The notes beneath the pieces were generated by a model that had not been told where the DNA came from, did not search any database, and saw only the letters and a program-made list of their open reading frames with translations. From positions 15,410-79,409 of the forward strand of contig JBKBNP010000012.1 of assembly GCA_046295215.1 (NCBI GenBank): a stretch of DNA of 64,000 bases, written 5' to 3'. This stretch comes from Pseudorhodobacter sp. Its GTDB lineage: Bacteria > Pseudomonadota > Alphaproteobacteria > Rhodobacterales > Rhodobacteraceae. Positions 38,165 through 48,399 of the stretch are shown piece by piece. A program made the translations under genes and the position numbers. Position 1 is the stretch's first letter, and every line of letters starts with the position of its first letter.

Positions 38165-40135
38165 ATGATCGTCGAGCTTGGGCATTTCGCACTGATTCTC
38201 GCGCTTTGCGTGGCCGTGGTGCAAACGATTGTGCCATTGGTCGGGGCGCATCGGCGCTGGACCGGCTGGATGGCCGTGGGCGAGCCTGCGGCGGTGGTGC
38301 AGGTCATCCTGATCGGATTCAGCTTTGCCGCCCTCACCTATGCTTTCGTGGTGTCGGATTTCTCGCTGCGGCTGGTGGTCGCCAATTCCCACACAATGAA
38401 ACCGATGATCTACAAGATCTCGGGCGTCTGGGGCAATCACGAGGGCTCCTTGCTGCTCTGGGCGCTGATCCTGGCCTTGTTCGGGGCTTGCGTCGCGTTT
38501 TTCGGGGGCAACCTGCCGCCGACCCTGCGCGCCCGCGTAATCGCGGTGCAGGGGTCGATCGGGGTGGCGTTCCTTCTGTTCATGCTGCTGACCTCCAACC
38601 CCTTCCTGCGGATGGAAGTGCCGCCTTTCAACGGACAGGATCTGAACCCGTTGCTGCAAGACCCGGGCCTCGCCTTCCATCCGCCCTTTCTCTATCTCGG
38701 CTATGTCGGGCTGTCGGTCGCCTTTTCCTTTGCCGTGGCGGCGTTGATCGAGGGGCGGGTCGATGCCGCCTGGGGCCGCTGGGTGCGGCCCTGGACGCTG
38801 GCGGCCTGGGTGTTTCTGACCATCGGCATCGCGCTGGGGTCGTGGTGGGCCTATTACGAGCTTGGCTGGGGCGGTTTCTGGTTCTGGGATCCAGTGGAAA
38901 ATGCCTCCTTCATGCCCTGGCTGCTCGCTGCTGCCCTGCTCCATTCGGCCATCGTGGTGGAAAAGCGCGAGGCCCTGAAGGCCTGGACGGTCCTGCTGGC
39001 GATCCTTGCCTTCGGTTTCTCGCTGATCGGCACCTTCATCGTGCGCTCCGGCGTCATCACCTCGGTCCATGCCTTTGCCAATGATCCCGAGCGGGGCGTG
39101 TTCATCCTGATGATCCTCGCCTTCTTTATGGGCGGCGCGCTTCTGCTCTTCGCCGCAAGGGCAGGCGTGATGGAGGCCAAGGGCGTCTTTGCCCCCATAA
39201 GCCGCGAAAGCGCGCTGGTGGCGAACAATCTGATCCTCGCCGTGTCCTGTTTTGTGGTGTTCATCGGCACGATCTGGCCCTTGCTGGCGGAAATGCTGTG
39301 GGGGCAGACGCTTTCGGTAGGCGAGCCTTTCTTCAACGCGGCCTTCAGCCCCTTCATGGTGGCCCTTGCGCTGATCCTGCCCATCGGGGCGATGATGCCG
39401 TGGAAGCGGGGTCGGGTCGGGGCAACGGTCCGCCCGCTCTGGCCTGCTGCCGTGTTGGCGGTCGCGCTGATGGCGTTGGCCTTCGCGATGCAGACCGGAC
39501 GCTCGGCGCTTGGTCCGGTCGGGCTGGCGCTTGGCGCCTGGGTCGTGGCGGGGGCAGTGACCGAAATCTGGTCGCGCACCGGGCGCGGTGCGATCGGGTC
39601 GCGGTTCGGGCGCATCCTGCGCCTGCCGCGCGCGGATTGGGGCAAGATGGTTGCCCATACCGGATTCGGTGTCACGGTCTTTGCCTGTTCCGCGATGATT
39701 GCCTGGCAGTTCGAGGACATCCGCACGGTCGACATTGGTGAAACCTTCGAGATGCGCGGCTATGACATCTCATTGGTTGCGGTCGACCGGGTGGAGGGAC
39801 CGAACTACCTGTCCACCATGGCCACGATGATCGTGGAACGTGACGGGCGCGAGGTGGCGACGCTGTTCCCCGAAAAGCGGGTCTATCCGGTGGCCGGCAT
39901 GCCCACAACCGAAGCCGCCATCGACTATGGCTTCTGGCGCGACGTCTATCTGGTCATCGGCGATCCGCAGCGGGACGGAAGCTGGGCGGTGCGCAGCTAT
40001 CACAAACCCTTTGCCAACTGGATCTGGGGCGGGGCCATCCTGATGGCGCTCGGCGGTTTCATCAGCCTTGCCGACCGGCGGTTCCGTGTCGCGGCAGGGG
40101 CGCGCAAACCCGTTGCAACGGTGCCCGCCGAATGA
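38165..40135 (+). CDS. ccmF: cytochrome c-type biogenesis heme lyase subunit CcmF
   Basis: 656 aa. WWD-type motif WGGFWFWDPVEN. Multi-TM. Confidence 0.95.
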   Translation: MIVELGHFALILALCVAVVQTIVPLVGAHRRWTGWMAVGEPAAVVQVILIGFSFAALTYAFVVSDFSLRLVVANSHTMKPMIYKISGVWGNHEGSLLLWALILALFGACVAFFGGNLPPTLRARVIAVQGSIGVAFLLFMLLTSNPFLRMEVPPFNGQDLNPLLQDPGLAFHPPFLYLGYVGLSVAFSFAVAALIEGRVDAAWGRWVRPWTLAAWVFLTIGIALGSWWAYYELGWGGFWFWDPVENASFMPWLLAAALLHSAIVVEKREALKAWTVLLAILAFGFSLIGTFIVRSGVITSVHAFANDPERGVFILMILAFFMGGALLLFAARAGVMEAKGVFAPISRESALVANNLILAVSCFVVFIGTIWPLLAEMLWGQTLSVGEPFFNAAFSPFMVALALILPIGAMMPWKRGRVGATVRPLWPAAVLAVALMALAFAMQTGRSALGPVGLALGAWVVAGAVTEIWSRTGRGAIGSRFGRILRLPRADWGKMVAHTGFGVTVFACSAMIAWQFEDIRTVDIGETFEMRGYDISLVAVDRVEGPNYLSTMATMIVERDGREVATLFPEKRVYPVAGMPTTEAAIDYGFWRDVYLVIGDPQRDGSWAVRSYHKPFANWIWGGAILMALGGFISLADRRFRVAAGARKPVATVPAE

Positions 40136-40593
40136 ACCGTCTGGCCCCCGCGCTGATCGCGCTTTTGCTGCTTTCGATGCCCGCCCTTGCCGTGCAGCCC
40201 GACGAGATCCTCGACGATCCGGCGCTGGAGGCGCGGGCTCGGGCGATTTCCAGGGATCTGCGCTGTCTTGTCTGCCGAAACGAGAATATCGACGACAGCA
40301 ATGCCGAACTTGCCCGCGACCTGCGGATTCTGGTGCGCGAGCGGCTGGTGGAGGGCGACAGCGACCGCGCGGTGGTGGATTTCGTGGTGGACCGCTATGG
40401 CGAGTATGTACTGCTGAACCCGCGCAGGGAGGGTGTCAATCTGGTGCTGTGGCTGGCGGGGCCTGCGATGCTTCTGCTGGGGGGCGGCGTGGCCTTCGCC
40501 TATATCCGCCGTCGCCGCAGCCCCGCAACCGCCTCGGATGATCCGCTCTCGGCGGATGAGGCAAAGCGGCTCAGGGAAATTCTTGATCGTTAG
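40132..40593 (+). CDS. ccmH: cytochrome c-type biogenesis protein CcmH
   Basis: Signal peptide and LRCLVCRNENIDDSNA (LRCxxC motif). 4-nt overlap with ccmF. Confidence 0.9.
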   Translation: MNRLAPALIALLLLSMPALAVQPDEILDDPALEARARAISRDLRCLVCRNENIDDSNAELARDLRILVRERLVEGDSDRAVVDFVVDRYGEYVLLNPRREGVNLVLWLAGPAMLLLGGGVAFAYIRRRRSPATASDDPLSADEAKRLREILDR

Positions 40594-40673
40594 CCATCGG
40601 TGACGTGCCGTCCCGCTTTCCCCCGCCGAACGCCCCGCTATGCTGTGGCAAAGGTCAAATGCGGGAGCAGCCC

Positions 40674-41450
40674 ATGGATTACGCCACGATCACCTACCGC
40701 GCCGAGAATGGCATCGGCCTCATCACACTGAACCGGCCCGAGGTGATGAATGCGCTCTCATCCCAGATGCGGGCGGAGTTGCTGCATGCCGTGCGCGAGG
40801 CGGGAAAGTCGGTCCGCGTTCTGGTGATGACCGGGGAAGGGCGGGCCTTCTGTTCGGGGCAGGATCTCGGGGACCGGGCGCGCATCGCGTCCATCGATCT
40901 GGAACGCACGCTGCGCGATGAATATGAGCCGCTTCTGAACGCGATCTACGATTGCCCGGTGCCGACGATTTCAGCGGTGAACGGAACGGCCGCCGGGGCC
41001 GGGGCCAATCTTGCGCTGGCCGCCGATGTGGTGATTGCGGCGGAAAGTGCCAGCTTCATTCAGGCCTTCACCCGGATCGGCCTGATCCCCGATGCGGGCG
41101 GCACCTATTGGCTGCCGCGCCAGATCGGGGCCGCGCGCGCCATGGGGGCGGCCCTGTTCGCCGACAAGGTCAGCGCAAAACAGGCCGCCGACTGGGGCAT
41201 GATCTATGAATATGTCCCTGATGACGATTTTGCAGCACATTGGCAGGCCCGCGCGGCGCATCTGGCGCAGGGGCCGACCGAGGCCTACCGGTGCGTCAAG
41301 ACCGCGATCCGGGCGAGTTTTTCCAATGACCTTTCCGCGCAACTCGCGCTGGAAGCGCGGTTGCAGGGTGCTTGCGGGCTGACCCATGATTTCAAGGAGG
41401 GCGTGGTGGCCTTTCTGGAGAAGCGCCCGGCGCGGTTCGAGGGGCGCTGA
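40674..41450 (+). CDS. enoyl-CoA hydratase/isomerase-family protein (PaaG-like)
   Basis: ATG at 40674 in ORF 40605..41450. Crotonase fold motifs ITLNRPEVMNAL, GEGRAFCSGQDL and GTAAGAGANLALAAD. Confidence 0.85.
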   Translation: MDYATITYRAENGIGLITLNRPEVMNALSSQMRAELLHAVREAGKSVRVLVMTGEGRAFCSGQDLGDRARIASIDLERTLRDEYEPLLNAIYDCPVPTISAVNGTAAGAGANLALAADVVIAAESASFIQAFTRIGLIPDAGGTYWLPRQIGAARAMGAALFADKVSAKQAADWGMIYEYVPDDDFAAHWQARAAHLAQGPTEAYRCVKTAIRASFSNDLSAQLALEARLQGACGLTHDFKEGVVAFLEKRPARFEGR

Positions 41451-41480
41451 CAGGGGCCAATACACTGTCAGGTTATTTGT
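41447..41480 (+). terminator. probable intrinsic terminator
   Basis: CTGACAG-N11-CTGTCAG followed by GTTATTTGT. Overlaps the stop codon at 41450. Confidence 0.5.
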
Positions 41481-41738
41481 CCGGGGCGCGACCTTTTCCC
41501 TGAAAGCCGGACTGCGCTCGCATCGAATGTGTCTGCTGACAGGCGCGTTGGGATGACCGGCTGAACGACAGGGCCGATGATTTCTGCCGCTAAAACCGGG
41601 ACGACCCCGTTGCGGCGGCTGGCAGACCGGGCGCTTTGCGAATTCCCGCCGGGCCTTGCGTGCAACCTGCGTCTTTGGGGGTGAACAGGCTCCGCCCCCG
41701 CGCTATAGAGGGGGGCGATTTGGGTCGGGCATGTTCCG

Positions 41739-43493
41739 ATGGCGATGTCTGTTTCGCAAGGCAGGAGGGTTTCGGTGGCGCGTGGTCTGGGAGCGGGATT
41801 GGTCTGGGGCGGCCTTGTTGCGGGCCTCGGATTGGGCGCAGTGTCGCTGGTTGCGCCCTTGCCGGTGGAGGGGCCGGTCGGCTCCGGGTCAGACAGCACC
41901 CTTTCCGCACCGCTGGGCGGGCTGCCTGAGCCCGAACCGGACACAACAGGTGTCGCACCAACCACGGACAGTGTCGCGGATGCGGCTCCCCTGATCGGGT
42001 TCGAAGCGGAGGTGCCGGATCCCGGCAGTCCGGTGGAAGCCCTTGGTGCAGGCGCAGAACCCTCCGGCCCGGCGATTGATCCGGAACCCGGAACAGGGCC
42101 GGATGTCGCCACCGCCAGCATTTCCGACATTGTTCAACCGGAAAGCGGAACGTTGCCCAGACTGCCGCAGCCCGGGTCGGCGCTTCCGCAGGAACAGGTC
42201 GCGCCGCTGCCGTTGAACGGCCCCGACCTCGCAGAAGCCGCTCCGACCGCACAGACTGCGGATGCCCCGATCGAGGTGGCGGTCGGGGTTGACTCCGCGA
42301 GCCTGCCTGTGCCCGTGGACCAGGTGTCAGAGGCAGCCGCGCCCGGTGCTGCGCCCGACAGTCAGGTGATCCGTCCGGAAGGCCCGGCCCGGCCCGGGGC
42401 CCCGGCCGGGGATCCACAGCCCGAAGTGGAGGCATCGCTGCCGGCTCCACCTCCGGCCGTGGTCGATGCAGCAGAGGAGGCTGTCATCGGGGAGGTGCCG
42501 ATGGATGCCGGGACCACGGAACGGCAGGCTGCCAACGCCTCCGAAACCGCCCGAGACGAACGCCCCGATGCGGCGGAAGCGCGGCCGGGATCGGAGGCCT
42601 TGACGGAGCCGCGCCCGGCGGATGCGGTGCCGGTGCGCCGCCCGGGTGCCACTTCCGGACAAGGGGATGCCGGATCGCCCGCCCCGCGTTTTGCGGGCGC
42701 TGTTGACGGCGTGACCACAGGGCGGCTTCCCAGCATCGCAGCGCCCGGTGCGGGATCTGCCACTCCCCCTGCGACGCAAGCCATGGATGGTGGCGCGGTG
42801 GAGCCGCCCGGGGCCGAAGCCCCTGCCTATATCCAGTTCGCCCGCAGCTTCGAGAATCCCGGATCCAAGCCCGTCTTTGCAATCGTGCTGCGCGATACCG
42901 GTGGCCCGGAAATTGACCGCGAAGCGCTCGCCGCATTGCCCTTTCCGGTGAGTTTCGCAATCGACCCCAGTCTGCCGGATGCCGAAACCGCTGCAACGAT
43001 CTATCGCAGGGCAGGGCAGGAGGTTGTGATGCTGGCGACCGGCCTGCCGCAGGGGGCGACGGCCTCGGATGTCGAGGTGACGTTCGAGGTCCATGGACGC
43101 ACCCTGGCGGAAGCGGTCGCGGTTCTGGACAGCGAATCCGGTGGGGTGCAGGGCAACCGGATCCTGGCCCAGCAGGTGCTGGCGGTCGTCAAGGGGCAGG
43201 GCAGGGGCATCCTGTCCTGGGAACGGGGGCTGAACGCGGCCTCGCAGATCGCGCGGCGTGACGGGATGCAGAATGCGGTGATCTTTCGCAGCCTGGACGG
43301 CGAGGGCGAGACCGGGCCGTTGATCCGGCGCTATCTCGACCGGGCGGCGTTCAAGGCGGCACAGGAGGGACGGGTGATCGTGGCGGGCACGACGCGGCCC
43401 GAAACCGTCGCGGCCATTCTCGAATGGACGGTGGAGGGGCGGGCCGATACGGTGGCGCTCGCCCCGGTCACAGCCGCAATGACATCGCAATAG
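41739..43493 (+). CDS. divergent polysaccharide deacetylase-family protein (YibQ-like) with long Pro/Ala/Glu-rich linker
   Basis: N-terminal TM (GLVWGGLVAGLGLGAVSLVA), about 330 aa of low-complexity P/A/E/G sequence, then a C-terminal ~230 aa region (FAIVLRDTG...PFPVSFAIDP...VVMLA...) resembling PF04748-type proteins. Confidence 0.6.
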   Translation: MAMSVSQGRRVSVARGLGAGLVWGGLVAGLGLGAVSLVAPLPVEGPVGSGSDSTLSAPLGGLPEPEPDTTGVAPTTDSVADAAPLIGFEAEVPDPGSPVEALGAGAEPSGPAIDPEPGTGPDVATASISDIVQPESGTLPRLPQPGSALPQEQVAPLPLNGPDLAEAAPTAQTADAPIEVAVGVDSASLPVPVDQVSEAAAPGAAPDSQVIRPEGPARPGAPAGDPQPEVEASLPAPPPAVVDAAEEAVIGEVPMDAGTTERQAANASETARDERPDAAEARPGSEALTEPRPADAVPVRRPGATSGQGDAGSPAPRFAGAVDGVTTGRLPSIAAPGAGSATPPATQAMDGGAVEPPGAEAPAYIQFARSFENPGSKPVFAIVLRDTGGPEIDREALAALPFPVSFAIDPSLPDAETAATIYRRAGQEVVMLATGLPQGATASDVEVTFEVHGRTLAEAVAVLDSESGGVQGNRILAQQVLAVVKGQGRGILSWERGLNAASQIARRDGMQNAVIFRSLDGEGETGPLIRRYLDRAAFKAAQEGRVIVAGTTRPETVAAILEWTVEGRADTVALAPVTAAMTSQ

Positions 43494-43509
43494 CGACCGG
43501 CTTGCAGCG

Positions 43510-43576
43510 CAGGGGGCGCTGCCCCCTCGGGGCCCGCAGGCCCCTCACCCCCGAGGTATTTCGGCCAGGTGAAAGT
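43510..43576 (+). repeat. REP-like bipartite element, copy D (two-hairpin variant)
   Basis: Hairpin GGGGGC-GCT-GCCCCC, second hairpin GGGGCC-CGCA-GGCCCC, then tail ACCCCCGAGGTATTTCGGCCAGGTGAAAG. Lies between convergent genes. Confidence 0.8.
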
Positions 43577-43653
43577 GCGGCAGGTGCAGTTTTCCGGGCA
43601 ATCCCGAGTGATCGGACCCGAGCGCTCAGGCCTGAGCGATCAGGCCGGGGCGA

Positions 43654-45165
43654 TCAGGAATTGCCACGCCGGGCGAAAAGACCGGCATCCTCGGCGGCCT
43701 TGCGCAGCGCACTGGCCTTGTTCACGGTTTCCTGGAATTCGGCCTCCGGGTCACTGTCATAGACCACGCCGCCCCCCGCCTGGGTATAGAGATGGTCGTC
43801 CTTCAGCACCGCCGTGCGCAAGGCGATGCAGAAATCCATTTCGCCATTGGCCGCGAAATAGCCGACGCCACCGCCGTAGACGCCGCGTTTCTCGGGTTCC
43901 AGCTCGTCGATGATCTGCATGGCGCGCACCTTCGGCGCACCGGATACCGTGCCTGCGGGCAGGCCCGCCAGCAGAGCCGAGAGCGCATCCTCGCCCTCCC
44001 GGATCTCGCCCACGACATTGGAGACGATGTGCATCACATGGGAATAGCGTTCGATGATGAATTTCTCGGTCGGTCGCACCGTGCCGACCTTTGCCACGCG
44101 GCCCACATCGTTGCGCCCCAGATCGAGCAGCATCAGATGCTCGGCCAGCTCCTTGGGATCGGCCAGAAGATCGGCCTCGTTGGCGCGATCCTCTTCCGGT
44201 GTGGCGCCGCGCTTGCGGGTGCCCGCAATGGGGCGGACGGTCACTTCGCCTTCGCGCAGACGCACGAGGATTTCCGGGCTGGCGCCGACGACCTGAAAAC
44301 CGCCGAAATTGAAGAAGAACATGAAGGGCGACGGATTGGTGCGGCGCAGCGAGCGGTAGAGCGCGAAGGGTGGCAGGTCGAACCGCTGTTTCCACCGCTG
44401 CGAGGGCACGACCTGAAAGATGTCGCCCGCGCGGATATAGTCTCTCGCCTTTTCCACCGCGGCCTTGTAGCCCTCATGCGTGAAATTCGACACGGCCTCC
44501 CCCGCCGCCGAAGTCTCGCCGAAATCCCGCAAGGCCGGGGGGGCGCGGTCCAGATCGCGCAGCGCGTCCATCACCCGTTCGGCGGCCTGCGCATAGGCGG
44601 CGCGCGCCGAAAGGCCCGACGCGACCCAGGCCGGTGCAACCACCGTCACCTCGCCCTTCACCCCGTCCAGCACCGCCACGACCGACGGGCGCATCAGCAC
44701 GGCATCGGGCAGGTCCAGCGGGTCGGGGTTCACATCGGGCAGATGTTCCACCAGCCGGATCATGTCATAGCCGAGATAACCGAAGAGCCCCGCCGCGATG
44801 GCAGGCAATCCCTCGGGCATGTCGATGGCACTTTCAGCGATCAGCGCGCGCAGGCTCGCCAGCGGATCCTCTCCGGCCGGGCGGAAGGCCTGGGCATCGA
44901 AACGGGCCTCGCGGTTGATGTCCACGACCCGGCCCCGGCAGCGCCAGATCAGATCGGGTTTCAGGCCGACCACGGAATAGCGCCCCCGGACCTCGCCCCC
45001 GGTCACGGATTCGAGCATGAACGTATCGCGCCCGGCTTCGCCCAGCTTCAGCATCAGCGAGACCGGCGTGTCGAGATCGGCGGCGAGCCGGGCATGGACG
45101 ATCTGGTTGCGCCCCTCTGCCCAGCCTTTTTCGAAAGTCGCGAAATCGGGGGTCAGTTGCGCCAT
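43654..45165 (-). CDS. trpE: anthranilate synthase component I
   Basis: 503 aa. Chorismate-binding enzyme motifs (GDIFQVVPSQR, GAPKVRAMQIIDELE, GAVGYF-like GGGVGYF). Confidence 0.9.
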   Translation of the reverse strand: MAQLTPDFATFEKGWAEGRNQIVHARLAADLDTPVSLMLKLGEAGRDTFMLESVTGGEVRGRYSVVGLKPDLIWRCRGRVVDINREARFDAQAFRPAGEDPLASLRALIAESAIDMPEGLPAIAAGLFGYLGYDMIRLVEHLPDVNPDPLDLPDAVLMRPSVVAVLDGVKGEVTVVAPAWVASGLSARAAYAQAAERVMDALRDLDRAPPALRDFGETSAAGEAVSNFTHEGYKAAVEKARDYIRAGDIFQVVPSQRWKQRFDLPPFALYRSLRRTNPSPFMFFFNFGGFQVVGASPEILVRLREGEVTVRPIAGTRKRGATPEEDRANEADLLADPKELAEHLMLLDLGRNDVGRVAKVGTVRPTEKFIIERYSHVMHIVSNVVGEIREGEDALSALLAGLPAGTVSGAPKVRAMQIIDELEPEKRGVYGGGVGYFAANGEMDFCIALRTAVLKDDHLYTQAGGGVVYDSDPEAEFQETVNKASALRKAAEDAGLFARRGNS

Positions 45166-45177
45166 GTCACCGCACCG

Positions 45178-47040
45178 TCACTGAAACTGCGAATGAACGG
45201 AATTGACCGCAGCATCGTCGAAGCGGATCCCGGCAGAATTGCTCAGCCCGTTGACGAAAAGCGTGAAAGCATCCTGCGACAGGGCCTGTTCGGCCTGAAT
45301 GGCGATTGCGGCGCGCACGGCCTCGGCATCCGGGCCCTCGCCAGCCCCCGGGGTCACGCTGTCGAGCCTCAGGATGGCGGTAAAGCCGTTTTCCTCGATC
45401 ACCCGGACCTTGCCTTCCTCCATCTGGAAGAGCGCCGCCACGACCGATTGCGGCGCGTTGGCCGGCCGCGTGGACCGGGTCACGGTCGGGGCGACATCCA
45501 CGATGCCGAAAGCGCCGAGCGAGGCGCCGGATTCGACGGCCGATTTGATTTCGATGGCCTTCTCGCCAAGGGCAGCGGCCAGGCTTGCGGCGCGCCAGGC
45601 TTCGGCCACCACGTCGCGGATTTCCTCCAGCGGCAGGGGGGCGGGGGGCAGGATGGCGTCAAGGCGCAGCGCGACGATTCCGCCGTCGCCGAGGCGGATC
45701 ACTTCGGGAAAGTCGCCTTCCTGCGCGGCGAAGGCGGCCTGACGAAAGGCGGGGTAACCGGCGATCCGGTCATCGGATCCGTCATGGAATTCGATCACAT
45801 CCAGAACCATTCCGGCGTCCGCGGCCAGATCCTCCAGTGTCGCACCTTCGGCGAGGCGGTCGTCTATTTCTTCGATCCGCGCGTCGATCTCGCGCCGTGC
45901 GGCATCGGTGGCGAGTTCGGTGGCGAGGTCGTCACGCGCCTCCTCGAAGGTGACTTCCTGCGCGGACAGGATCGCGTTCATCCGGAAGAAGGCGGGGCCG
46001 AGATTGGAGGCAAATGGGCCCACGACGCCGGGCTCGGTCAGTGCAAAGACCGCCTCGCCCGCCGCGCCGAGTTCGGATTGCGCGACATCGCCAAGGTCGA
46101 TGTCATCGAGCGACACCCCGCGCGCGGCAACCAGATCCTCGAAAGCGGCACCGGCATCGAGTTCGGCGCGCGCAGCCATGGCGGCTTCTTCGGACGGATA
46201 GACGAGGCGTTCCACAAGCCGTCGCTCAGGCTGGACAAATTCCGCGATCCGCTCGTTGTAGAGACGGCTCAAAACCTCGTCATCGATCTCCATGGAGGGG
46301 GCCAGATCATCGGGCAGAAGTGCGGCATAGGTGATGCGCCGCGCCTCGGGACGGATGAATGCGTCCGTATTCTCAGCGTGATAGCGCGTCAGATCCTCGT
46401 CGGTCGGATCGGAAAGCGGGGTTTCAAGATCGGATTCGGAAAGCTGGAGCAGGCTGTAGCCACGACGTTCGGAAACGAAGCCGTAAAGCGTTTCGACAAG
46501 GGCGGAGGGCGCGGTGAACCCCGAGCCGACCCCGCCTTGCAGCAGCGCGCGCGCCAGATCCTCGCGCAGGCGGGCTTCGAAGGCGGATTCGGTCAGATTA
46601 TTGCGTTCCAGCATGAAACGGTAGGTTTCACGGTCAAACTGGCCGCCGGGGCCACGGAACGTGGTCATCTCGGTGATCTCCCGCGCCACGCGGGCATCTC
46701 CTGCCGAAATTCCGATGCGGTCATTCTCATTGTCGAGGGCGGCGGTGTTCACCAGTTGCTGACGCACCTGCCGGTCGAGCCCGAAAGCCTGTGCCTGCTG
46801 CATTGTCACCCGCTGTCCGATCTGGGACGAGAGCGCGTTGATTTCCTGCTGCAAGGCCCGGACATAGTCATTGACCGCGATCTCCCGCTGGCCCACGGAC
46901 CCGATGGCCGTCAACCCGCCGCCGAAATTCGTGACGCCGAACCCGCCGAGGCCAAGCACCAGCATCGCCATCAGGATCCAGACGACAACGGAGGTGCCCT
47001 TGGCTTTCTTGCGGCGGTCCTGTTGATCGTCCTTGGTCAT
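45178..47040 (-). CDS. periplasmic chaperone/peptidyl-prolyl isomerase PpiD-like (SurA N-terminal domain protein)
   Basis: 620 aa. N-terminal TM anchor (VVVWILMAMLVLGLGGFGV). Long chaperone-like domain. Only a 12-bp gap to trpE. Confidence 0.65.
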   Translation of the reverse strand: MTKDDQQDRRKKAKGTSVVVWILMAMLVLGLGGFGVTNFGGGLTAIGSVGQREIAVNDYVRALQQEINALSSQIGQRVTMQQAQAFGLDRQVRQQLVNTAALDNENDRIGISAGDARVAREITEMTTFRGPGGQFDRETYRFMLERNNLTESAFEARLREDLARALLQGGVGSGFTAPSALVETLYGFVSERRGYSLLQLSESDLETPLSDPTDEDLTRYHAENTDAFIRPEARRITYAALLPDDLAPSMEIDDEVLSRLYNERIAEFVQPERRLVERLVYPSEEAAMAARAELDAGAAFEDLVAARGVSLDDIDLGDVAQSELGAAGEAVFALTEPGVVGPFASNLGPAFFRMNAILSAQEVTFEEARDDLATELATDAARREIDARIEEIDDRLAEGATLEDLAADAGMVLDVIEFHDGSDDRIAGYPAFRQAAFAAQEGDFPEVIRLGDGGIVALRLDAILPPAPLPLEEIRDVVAEAWRAASLAAALGEKAIEIKSAVESGASLGAFGIVDVAPTVTRSTRPANAPQSVVAALFQMEEGKVRVIEENGFTAILRLDSVTPGAGEGPDAEAVRAAIAIQAEQALSQDAFTLFVNGLSNSAGIRFDDAAVNSVHSQFQ

Positions 47041-47136
47041 ATGCCTGCCTTTCGGAGTGACGTGATGCGGGGTTGTCTAGGGCCTTGCTGCCTGCGGGGC
47101 AAGATCAAGCGGTTCGGGTCACGCGAACATGGCCCT

Positions 47137-48309
47137 TCAGGGGCGGAAGGCGGCGAGACGCCGGAAGAGTTCTGCGATGCCGCCTGAATCCACATTGGCA
47201 AAGGCAATGCGGAATTCCGACTGCCCTTCGCCTGTGGGGCGGAACATGGTGCCGGGCAGAAGCAGGATGCCGGCCTCGGACACCAGACGGCGTGCAAGAT
47301 CCTGCGACGAGGCGGCGAAAGGATGGGCGACATAGGCGAAATAGGCGCCGCAGCCCATCAGCGACCAGCCGTCAAGGTTCTGGAACCCTTGAACCATTGC
47401 CGCGCGGCGGGAGAGGATTTCCGCGCGTTCCCCGGCAACCCATTGGCCAAGGTTCCGCATCCCCCAGAGCGCACCGATCTGGCCCAGTTGCGAGGGGCAG
47501 ATGGCAACGGTGTCGAGGAACTTCTCCACTTCTGCCAGACGGGCTCGGGCGGCCACGACAGCGCCGACGCGGTGGCCGGTCAGGCGATAGGCCTTTGAAA
47601 AGCTGTAAAGATGCACCAGGGTATCGGACCAGTCTGGATCGGTGAACAATTCATGCGGGGCCCCCGGGCGGCTGTCGAAATCGCGGTAGGTTTCATCGAT
47701 GACGAGCGCAAGACCATGGGCGCGGGCGAGATCCATGAAGCTGCGCAACACCGCGGCCGGATATTCCGCGCCGCCAGGATTGTTTGGGGAAACCAGTATG
47801 ATGGCGCGGGTTCTTGATGTTATCAGCGCCGCTGCCGCCTCCGGGTCGGGGATAAGGCCCGCCCCGGTGGCCAGCGGCACAGTGCGCACGCCCTGCATGT
47901 CGAGCCACATCTTGTGGTTGAAATACCACGGCGAAGGCAGGATCACCTCATCCCCCGCCCCGGCGAGCGTGGACATGACGGCGGTGAAGGCCTGATTGCA
48001 GCCCTGGGTGATGGCGACCTGTCCGGGGCTGATCTCGCCGCCGTAAGCTGTTGACCATTGGGCTGAAATTTCCGCCCGAAGCGCAGGCAGACCCAGCACC
48101 GGGCCATAGAGATGGGCCGCGTCATTGTGCAAGGCGGCCTCGGCCAGCGCCTGACGCAGCGCGAGCGGGGGCGGCTCCACCGGGGCGGCCTGGCTCACGT
48201 TCAATAGCGGGCGGTCGGGCGGGAAGGTCACGCCGTCGAGCCAGCGCCGCGCCTCCATCACCGGGGGCGGTTCGGTTGCGGCCATGGCGGGGTTGAGCGG
48301 CTGGATCAT
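47137..48309 (-). CDS. class I/II PLP-dependent aminotransferase
   Basis: 390 aa. PLP-lysine motif YSFSKAYRLTGHRVG and SPNNPGG motif. Confidence 0.75.
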   Translation of the reverse strand: MIQPLNPAMAATEPPPVMEARRWLDGVTFPPDRPLLNVSQAAPVEPPPLALRQALAEAALHNDAAHLYGPVLGLPALRAEISAQWSTAYGGEISPGQVAITQGCNQAFTAVMSTLAGAGDEVILPSPWYFNHKMWLDMQGVRTVPLATGAGLIPDPEAAAALITSRTRAIILVSPNNPGGAEYPAAVLRSFMDLARAHGLALVIDETYRDFDSRPGAPHELFTDPDWSDTLVHLYSFSKAYRLTGHRVGAVVAARARLAEVEKFLDTVAICPSQLGQIGALWGMRNLGQWVAGERAEILSRRAAMVQGFQNLDGWSLMGCGAYFAYVAHPFAASSQDLARRLVSEAGILLLPGTMFRPTGEGQSEFRIAFANVDSGGIAELFRRLAAFRP

Positions 48310-48399
48310 CGTGTCTTTCCCTGTCTGTCTGTCGTTGACCGTCCGTCCCCCTGTGCAGGCGCGCGCGTCACGGGCGGAGAATTCGGCTTTCGGGCAGCC

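Noticed and set aside
43792-47187. 1131-aa ORF on the + strand, the longest in the track
   Set aside because: It runs exactly antisense to the well-supported trpE and ppiD-like genes. Its translation is Arg/Gly/His/Ala-rich low-complexity sequence with no recognisable motif. This is a typical shadow ORF of a high-GC genome.
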